Source: Antedon mediterranea | Taxonomy: Eukaryota; Animalia; Echinodermata | Assembly (NCBI RefSeq): GCF_964355755.1 | Contig: NC_092670.1 | Location: 16,168,795 to 16,232,794, forward strand | Length of the DNA: 64,000 bases | Direction: 5' to 3' | In this document: piece by piece, positions 54,501-64,000 of the stretch | How the letters are laid out: every line of letters starts with the position of its first letter | How positions within the stretch are numbered: position 1 is the first letter of the stretch | The notes under the pieces: model-generated | What the model saw: only the letters and a program-made list of their open reading frames with translations | What the model was told of the DNA's origin: nothing | The model's database searches: none | Program-made: the position numbers and the translations under genes

Positions 54501-57500
54501 CCGATGGGAATTCATTCTCTGTCACGTGATGTAATTGCCTAAGCTTTCGACATGTGAACGGACACCCAGGCAGAAAATCAATTTAATAATATTCATCAGT
54601 ATTGAAAAATTAATTACAAGTTATTAATTTTTAAGGCATTGTTAGAACAAACACTTTGAAATTCATCACGAAGTTGAGATTGCAAACTAGAGTCGAGCCA
54701 ATCAATAGTTTGGTTTGATCCCCTTTAATTAAAGACTGCGATCTAGCGTTAAATATCATTACATTGACAGAGTCCCTAGTGGTCATCTTGGCTGTGTGGA
54801 CATGCGGACTACACCCAGCCAAATCGGACGACACAATAATGCAATTCATTTCATTATAAGCGTCATTTTCACGGATAAAATATGTTTATTATTCGAACTA
54901 TTATGTAACGTATTTTTATTATAGTATACTGTATAAAAACGATTGATAAAACCTCTAAAAATAAATATTATCTTTCAATTTGCATACTAGTGATAGAAAT
55001 AATGATAGTTCAAACAGGAATCATTTTTAGAAGTTCGGATAGGCCTGAGGATAGAAGGATAGCTAGGCTATCGGAACTCGTGTCAGTAAACTTTGCTTCA
55101 TCTCTGTTCTTAACAAGAGTTACCGAATAATCATTGCACTTCGGCCTAGGGAAATAAGTGTCACAATTAATGATGATTTAATATATTTGACTTATCAATC
55201 ATAATATCCAGGTTATAATAAAGAATAAATAATTAACACATCAACAATAGAAAATATACACATTGTTGCGTGCGTATTTTTTAGAATAACGCCTGTCATT
55301 ATCACCAATTGAACGCGCGGATAAAATACGCGCAATATCACCCTTTGAACGCCGCCCGATACTGTAACGTCACAAAGTTCCATTATTGTAAATGCATTTC
55401 AAATCAATTATTTGTTATTCTGGTTATTTACGTTACGTTGGTATGATAGTTTTTTTGTCTATTTAAACAGACTGGGGCTAATTTATAATTTCATTTTCCA
55501 CCTCAATACTTATATCTTTCAAATTTCGTATTGAATGAATTAGCCGAGGCGAAAACACTCCCAGACCCGTCACATTTGACCTTGCCCGTCATGCTAATAT
55601 TTTTATGTGCTGATGATGGCCTAACTAATTAACACGGATTTGATACAATAACACGGTTTGATAGCGTGTCGTTGATTGGATTTAGAAATTAATTTCTAAA
55701 TTAGCGAAATTGATAATTGGAAAAATTCAACAGTCTAACACAATGTTAGTAACATTGGGGATGTAATGTCTACACATCAATACACCTTGTTTTTTCATCA
55801 TATTAATTTAACGCATTCCTTGCTATTTTATTAATGTTATCTATCTAGCTAGCGACAATAAATATTAATTAATGTGCGTGATAAAATAAGATATGTTTTG
55901 TAACGCCATCTCAAAAGTGAAGGGCAAGACAGTATTGTGTTTATTATTCGTTGAAAATACAAAAATGTATTAAATGTTAACATTTTTTAAGGCCATCCAA
56001 AAAACAAAGTTTCTTATGGCTCATGTGTAGAGGCCGTATTCACCATTTTCATGCTTATGGCTAAGGGAAACTTTCTAAAGTGAAGGCCTACGTTAACCGA
56101 CAGCTATTGAATCGACTTAAGTGAAATACCTCGTATTTAGGCCTAAGGGAAATATATCACAAGTGTGATTGGTGAATATGACCACTGGAATTGAATTAAC
56201 TTTGCTGACATATTATACCTCTGCTGTTACAGTGCACGGGTGTACAACATTTCCCTATAGGCCTTAGCCTGAGGGGGAGAATACTGTTGTTCAATGTTTG
56301 CCGCAAATTTAACACTTCTAATGAGGGTAAAACCAACATCGATAATCGAGTAAAGAAACAAACTCAAATAGATTCATTACTATGTTTTTCATTGTTTATA
56401 ATCTTTGTTCGTAGGTGATTTTAATGTTTGTCCAGCGGTATGTGTTTATATATAAATGTCTCCGTTCACGGGACTACTGTTTCTAATATTGCACCTAGGT
56501 GAGGACAGAGTAATTAAGTTTGTTTTGGTTTTAAGTTAAGAATAAACATTTCTCTAAAGCCTCATTCGCACTGAACTTTTAGGCTTAAACCAGATATGAA
56601 AAGTGTTGCAGTTTGTACTATGATGTATGACATAATTATGTATTAATGTTATAATTAAGCCCGGTTTTGATTATAGACACTGCAGTGAGTAGCATTATAT
56701 CGTTATATAGGCCTATAACTTTTAACAGAAAGGAAAGAACGCCACCCAATTCTGGTTGAGGATACACCGGGCTCACAAAGTAAAATATACTAGGCTCTAG
56801 TAAAATATCTTCAAAAATAATAAAATATATTGTTATGGCCATAAATTCGTTCGATGTTTTTGAATAATATCTACGGGTTGCGTCTCAGTTGTCATAGCAA
56901 TAGGAATCAGTTTAGTCGTAGCCTACAACCACTACGCCATCTGTGCTTGTTTCTTTAATCTGTTTTTAAGACATACCGTCTCATACCAGCTATTGCGTCA
57001 AAAGATTCAATTAGTATTATTGGTCAAATACTACAACAATGAATACAAAGTCGCTGTGAAACATTGAACGTTGGTCGTAAACACATAAAATTGTTAAGTG
57101 AACATGGTAATCGTTCTGGCGTTACCATTGCCGACTTTGAAATTTATAAGTTAACAGAGTTAGGGTATCATGTAAGTGGTGGTATCACGGACAGTAGGAT
57201 TAAAAACACAATAGAGAGGCTGTCGGCTAGCACGGTGTACGCGACTTCTTAAGAACTGTGTAACTGTTGTCTGCTGTACGCCGAGAACAGAGCGATTTCC
57301 TCCGAACACATGTCAGAAATAATGGAACAACTCCCAGCGGGGACAAATAATTATGTAACAAACCGTTGTATGTAACAGTGTAAATTTGTTAATTTCATTT
57401 CCTCATTGTAACATGGTTGCTGGCAGTTCTTCCTCTCCAGGGTGATTGTTAAGCATTCCTTTCAAGCTGTATATTAATGCCATTTAAGCAGCGAGTGTAG

Positions 57501-59173
57501 ACATGAGAGTCATAGCGAATAATGTTGTTGATAGTAGACATCATTCAAGCAGGTTTGTAGTTTGTTAGATACTGCCTTACCGCTCCCATGACACCCATTC
57601 TGAACGGGTGGCTTAGCCTACGCACGTCAAATGTATTTCTGTCCTTGTATTTCTGTCTAAAAACACTTACTCTGGGATTGTTGTGCCTTAAACTGTCCAT
57701 TTCTGCATACTTAAATTTCATATTTTTTGCTCATCAATGCCGCGCTGTTAAAGTAAATTGTATGTAAGTAGAAGCATCGTGGGTAGGCCCTATTTCCTGA
57801 GGTTAAAATGAAGAAAAATGTAATGTTAATCTAAGACAACTAATACATTTTATAAAACCTTTTTTTAAATTTGAAGTTGTAGGTAAATAAATTATATTTG
57901 TGGTGAGCATATTCTAACTGCAATTAATTTCTTTTTATTGTTAATGTCATTATAAAAAGTATAGGCTAATGATACTATTTTAAAACTATAATAATTTATA
58001 TAATACGATAATCATTTTGAATACTATCTGTTTGGCAACCAAGGATAGAGGAAAGAAAGATAAACACAGAAAGAAATGTAGAAATAATCTGAGGAAAGAT
58101 GAAAGCAACTGGTTGAGATTAGCAAAAGAGAAGTAAATGAAGGGTTTTGGAGGAGGGATGTCATGCATGCAGTGGACTGCTAAATCCTGAAGGAAAAAAA
58201 AGAAGAAAAATCTATTTGAAAGTGTTTATAATGAAAAGTTTTGTATTTGAACTAAAATTAATGATACTCATTAATAAAAACGACAGTTACCGCAAAAAAG
58301 TCAAAGATAATAAGATATTCGTTACTTCCTGCAAATTAGATTTAAGAATCAAACACGTCCCATCTAGGTCCTACTGTGAAACTGTACTCTCTTATTACGG
58401 TACCCTCTTTAAAATAGGCTTGCTTTAAGAACTTGCAATTTTTAAATTCATTTATAAGGTTGTTGGTGATCACTAGAGATTTTATACGGGCATTGACAAT
58501 AATAAAAATACACTCCTATATATTTAATTGTTCAAACTAATATGAATATCATCGAAATCTAAATAATATAAATTATTTATTGTATGCGCTTAAAAGACCA
58601 CGTGATTATTATACCTAATCTATTTATTTGATTTTCTATCTTCAAAATGTTACCTAAGTTATCAAAATGATTTTTTCCGTCTACACGGATAGTTGTATTG
58701 TTACCTTTGACTTTGACAATTATTTTTTTTAACTTTTAGGCCTACACAATTTGGTACATTTCAGACATTTTTTTCGAACATTGATTTTTTTTCTTCTGTA
58801 TTTTGTCTTTGAATTAAAAGAAACACATAACATATATTTATATATTTTATGTAAAAATTATTTTAAACAGCTTGTAACATGTGTGTAATACCAGTAGCAG
58901 TGCGCAACAGACAATATCGTTAAGTCCTGTCCCCAAAGTAATAGCCAGCCACTTTAAACCATTACAACGTTTCCGCTTGCACTCATCTACAGCAATTAAC
59001 ACGTTACACTCCGATTTCACTAAATGCTAAACAGACGAAATGAGAATTGAAATCGCTCACAATATTAACAATCTTATCTTTGCCGAGTAATAATTCTCAT
59101 TGCTAATCTTACTACAAGGAGTAGTTGATGTGTTTCTGCGGGTAGAAGAGTGAATTCTGTCCTTTTTTACACA

Positions 59174-59567
59174 TTGAAGAGATATTAAGTTATGAAATTA
59201 TTCTGAGTTTGTCGAACGATAATTTGTTTTCAGACTTTGAAATGGAAAAGATAGAAACATTAAGTGACTTGTATAAGAACGTAATTTATTGTGATGATTC
59301 ATTTTGTATAAATTTGATTTTATAACACATTTAATATGAATAAGAAATTATAAAACGTTTTCGTTAGTTGCATCAACGAAAGATGTGCTATGTTTTATGA
59401 GGTGTACGATAGCGAATTGAAGAGATAAGTTAAGAAATTTGCCGAACAATAATTTGTTTTCGAACTTTAATGGGAAAAATAGAAACATTAGGCCTATAGT
59501 GACATGCTTAAAAACGCCTAATTCACATACATTTGATTTTATGATAACAAGAAATATGAATAAAATT
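59174..59567. repeat. Diverged direct duplication (offset ~230-240 bp)
   Basis: ttgaagagata...taatttgttttc...atagaaacatta...atttgatttta...aatatgaataa occurs at 59174 and 59417, with a partial third echo near 59857-59910. Confidence 0.8.
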
Positions 59568-62492
59568 GAATTTATAATTATTATTGTGTTAATTATACAA
59601 TCAACACGAAGATAAAAGATTCTCTCTTCACGGTTACTGACGAATTATTATCATTGTTTTAAATATTTTTAAAAATTTGATTATTCAACTCTACTTTCAT
59701 CTCAGTGAATCCCCAACAGCTAATGCCCAGGAGCCATCTTTAAAATGATTTTGAATATTAATCTACGATGAATTATAGTCTTTTTAAAGGACAGTACTGA
59801 TTTATTAACACTGGCTATTTTGTTTAATCTGTTTACGTTCCGACAGTTTCGCGACGTTTGTTTTCATTGAAATTAGCGAATCTAACTGATGGGCAAAGAT
59901 AGAAACAATCAAATACTGGTAGTATTTGCAATTCAATTAGTTGTTCTTTTTGCAACAGTTTCAATATCAAAGGATGAAAGGAATGTGTTTGCTATTGAAA
60001 ACACTATCGAAGTTTCTTTTCCTTCAGGCCAAGCTTTCCTCTACAACGAACAAACCTAATGCATTAAATACCACCTAAACAAATATAACCCAATGTTGAT
60101 TAGAATCAATTACTTTTAATATTTAACTTGTTATTTACTGCTACAGTTGTCTAGTGGCTCTGTTAGAAGTAAAACACCGGAGGGAGTGATTTTCTAAGCC
60201 CAGTGTTTGCGGTTCCCGCACGGATTAGAAGTTAATCTTCGGCAGAAGAACTTCACTTTAGAAAATGGCATTGTTAAATAAATAGGCCTACACATTTTGT
60301 AACGAATTGTCAATTTTTTCGCATACATCTACAAGTTTGAAAAATGGTTTGTTTTGTAAACTTGTCTTAAAACGTTAGATTGTTTTTAAGTGAGTTTGTT
60401 TTCAGGTCTTAGCTTAATTGGCGTTGCCACATTACTCATAGAATGGCTTCCTTTAGTATCATTTTCTTACCCGGACAACATAGAAAATTCTCTTTGAAAA
60501 TGGTTATTTTGTATATTCGTATCGTATTTTTAAATGAATTTTGTTTTAAAATTAAAAAAAAAATTATAAAAGTTTTTTGCCGAGTCTTTCAAACCATGGA
60601 GGTATATATTTCCTTCATGTTCAAAACTTCTACAATCTTGCTGGGTGACTAGACCTAAGTCAGGGTGACGTCATTTAGTGTTTTAATGTTTCTTTATGAG
60701 TATTTTAAAATATTTTGTTAATATTGTATCTTACCAAGGAAGACAATGTTTGAAATGTTTTTACATTTTCGACGAATAAAGCATATTTATCCAATAGTTT
60801 AACTTTAAAGGTAATTTGAGGTAATGCTAGTGTATAGCATGAAATGATTAACAATAACATGAGTTAATAAAATGCTTTCGAATAATATAAGATAAACAAA
60901 TTCATTCGCATGGTTGGCTCGTACAACTGTTATTGTTATTGCGCTTTAAGATCATTTTTTTTAATTAAAAAATTTAATTCACTTATATGTAATACAGTGG
61001 CACAAACAGAACAAATACAAGAAATGACAACAAAAAAAACACACAATTGTTTCCATAATTTTCCAAAAAAAATTATTTCTTTCCAAAATTCACCTTAGAA
61101 ATCGCTTGTTGTATGTGCCATCTAAAATCTGTGTATTATTGCTATTACTTTTTTATTTAATCGTTTAAACACTGACGCATGCACAAAGAAACTATTATTG
61201 CGTGTCCACTAACTATCACTAATACTTAAAAGGTTTTCTCACCTTCAAACTCTCCCTCTCTTTGTTTATGTTAATGATCAGCTATCCTCATTTTGCAAAT
61301 TATTTACAAAGTTTTTAACAAGCTAAGGTGGTTTATAGCAGCATTATTTTGCCCGTTTAGCCTCATTGTGGTTGTTGTTAAAAGCCGAATTCTGCAATAA
61401 AGAATAGCGCTTCTATCCGCCAGGTTAGTCAATAGCAATGCCATTACTACGGAATAGGCATAGGCCTAGTTTTTTTTTACTGATATTAAGGTCGATAGAA
61501 AAGGTGAAACTAACCATATTATGTGATATTTATGTGCACAAATTGCACTTTTATTTCGTTACCGATCATCAGTTCGTGTACTTATTTTTCTCTTTTTTAC
61601 ACTTTTATTTACTTTTTATTTGTGCATTAAAAGGAATGCAGTATAATTTAACACATTAACTGATTAAAGTACCCACTAACAACATTCATGGTAATTATGT
61701 AATAAATCCGGTAAATAATCACAACAAACAGCATTAGGAGGCTGACATAAATGCAGATGTTTTATATACGTTTTTTTTTTGTCTTGAGTGTCACATAAAG
61801 ATCGTGTCAATTGTCTGTATTCAGGTCTATCCATTTATACTAATCTTAAAGATGTTATATTGTCCCCCCAAAACATGAACAAATGAAGGTTAATTAAATC
61901 AGACTTTAAATAGGATATTTTGTAGTTTTAATAAAGTCAATCACTTCCATAGAAAAACGGGAACAAAATAATGTTTTCACTTATAATATAACAAAATAAA
62001 TGGTTAATTTCAATCAAAAACCCATTGGCTGGCAGCCAATTTTAAATTACATTTTGTTTTTTCTGTTCCAATTTTTGGTCAAAGTGGATTACTATTATGT
62101 GACATTAAAATGAAATATTTAACAACATTTTGTTTAAAGAAATATTTTTACCTCTTTAACATAAAGAGAACTGAACATTTATTTTTATCTATATCATTAT
62201 CATTGATACAGTTTATACATTAAAATCATTTCATTACTAAACATTTAGCAGATTAATTATGTTAACATGGTTGACATTATTTGATTCAATTCTCGGCAAA
62301 AATGATTGATTGAAAGTTTTGGTAGACGTGTGGGGGCGCAATTCATTTTATATAGAATTGTTCCTTACAGAAGTATGAATAGTCTATACATTGATCGATA
62401 ATCATTATAGACTAATGTACTATTATTTTTATTTTTGTAAATTCCATTATCGCGTATATTGTCAACCATGCTATCCCTTCCAAATACCCCTT

Positions 62493-62508
62493 CCCCCCCC
62501 CCCCCCCC
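62493..62508. repeat. Poly-C tract (C16)
   Basis: Seen directly. Confidence 0.9.
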
Positions 62509-63015
62509 TACGCTTCATGTTGCTGGTTTGGTAGCGAATAATACTAATGGTCTATTTGAGTTCACAAGTTTAAAAAAGAGGAAGAAAGTAAAATAAAAGA
62601 AAAATCAGACTATGAGAAGGTGAATCAAGATGGTGAGAGATAGAGACGCGTTTTAATATTACTCCGCCTTTTTTCTATTTAAAAATAGAAAAATACATAA
62701 GTATAATATTATTAACGTTGTTCCATTTGTTAAATAAATTAACCCAATTCGAAATCGGCATGATTAAACCTACAATTAATATTATGTATGTATTCACACA
62801 AATAACTACTATCATTATTATTGTATTAGTCTATTTTGTTCCGCGATTAAACGACGCTCTAGAGTGTAGTTAAAACCAACAAATATAATTATATTATTGA
62901 AGAAGTTCCCGGTATATTCATTGTAGAGATTATAATAATATCGCCCACCGGGCAATGCCTTTTTTATTCTGCTTCCGTAGGTGATTGGAATCATCGTCAT
63001 ATTTTAGACCATTTA

Positions 63016-63462
63016 TACTGTAAAAATAGTGTTTAGATCTTAGGTATTTTGTACCCACTTTTTCTACACATTTAATCTTAAACATGTTTAGATATGAAAC
63101 ATGTTTAGGTTCTAAACACATTCTAAACATGTAGTCTGTATCCAACTCAACACATCAGTGACGTGTTGATTGTTAAACATATGGAGCAATATAAAACACG
63201 TTTAGGCTTTTTTCCGCCACAATAAAATCGTATGCACGCAACGCTAAACACGTACATAAACATGTTGACTGCTACTAGCATGTGGAGAAATTAAACATAC
63301 TATAGTGACATTACATGTTGACTGCTGCTAAACGAGTGAAGAAAAACAACATGTAGCTATAAATACGTTTAGGTTTTAAACACGTTAAACATGTAGCTAC
63401 GTGTTTAAAAGCTAAATGTGTGAGAAAAGTGGATACAAAATCTATACACTATTTTTACACTG
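63016..63462. mobile_element. Non-autonomous TIR element, CACTA/EnSpm-like termini
   Basis: Imperfect inverted ends of about 60-70 bp (tgtaaaaatagtgt.tagat..ttttgta.ccacttttct.acacattta). Each terminus is one mismatch from CACTGTAAAAA. Many subterminal taaacatgt/taaacacgt repeats. Confidence 0.7.
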
Positions 63463-64000
63463 CAAAATCATGGGCCAGCAGGCTTGGTAGTCGACGTTGA
63501 CATAGAAGTTTATAATAACAATGAATAAATTAAACAACAAATCGGTTAGTTAATACTGTTATTAAAATTGGAATAATAAGATCGCACAATCATTGTAATC
63601 AACTTTTATTGATTGAGAGTCGGCTATTAAATTTGAATTTAATAAGTAAACAGTAATTATGGAATATTAAACCTAAATATGAATTGAATAAAATTGTACT
63701 TGAGATTCAAATGATATTAAAGTGTAGACATTATATCTTCATTACGGCATAATGGTGTTATTACTTTTTATAATGGAAATTGGCACATGAAATTTAAAAT
63801 TCAAATTAAAACACATGAGATAGTGCATTAATTACAATCAGATCATTGACGATGTACAACAGGGACATATGTATTTATAATAATACTAATATATAAAGAG
63901 AGATAATAAATAAATAAATGCCTGTTTTTAACCAGGGACGAGTTAGGTTGTAATTTCACAGACACTCTTTCGTGAAAATGAACAATAATAATAATATCCA

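Noticed and set aside
56940-57760. Balanced-composition block with a 62-aa ORF
   Set aside because: No recognisable protein motif and no consistent splice sites. Left uncalled.
694-63145. Remaining 60-104 aa ORFs in the track
   Set aside because: Their Ile/Leu/Phe/Lys-rich composition is expected from random AT-rich DNA, and several overlap MITEs or duplications.

Overview
AT-rich (roughly 30% GC by eye) eukaryotic, animal-like genomic DNA, not prokaryotic. The only supportable protein-coding gene is a three-exon, + strand PRD-class Q50 homeobox gene of the Uncx/unc-4 family: exons 1527-1776, 12119-12288 and 20586-21401, with matching splice phases and 411 aa. It carries an eh1-like motif and an OAR-like C-terminal motif. 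The remaining ~42 kb has no recognisable coding gene. The non-coding DNA holds at least four PIF/Harbinger-like MITE families (one with 8 copies), a CACTA-like TIR element, a probable Helitron 3' end, a degenerate tRNA-SINE head, minisatellites, local duplications and a 1.5-kb (CAT)n tract with a 593-bp higher-order duplication. The most striking unexplained signal is the palindrome TAGGCCTA: I count 25 copies against about 0.5 expected. Two internal filled/empty comparisons show it as an insertion at a TA site, and it occurs chained to other TA-NNN-TA words, which suggests a dense record of DNA-transposon excision footprints. All counts and alignments were made by eye.
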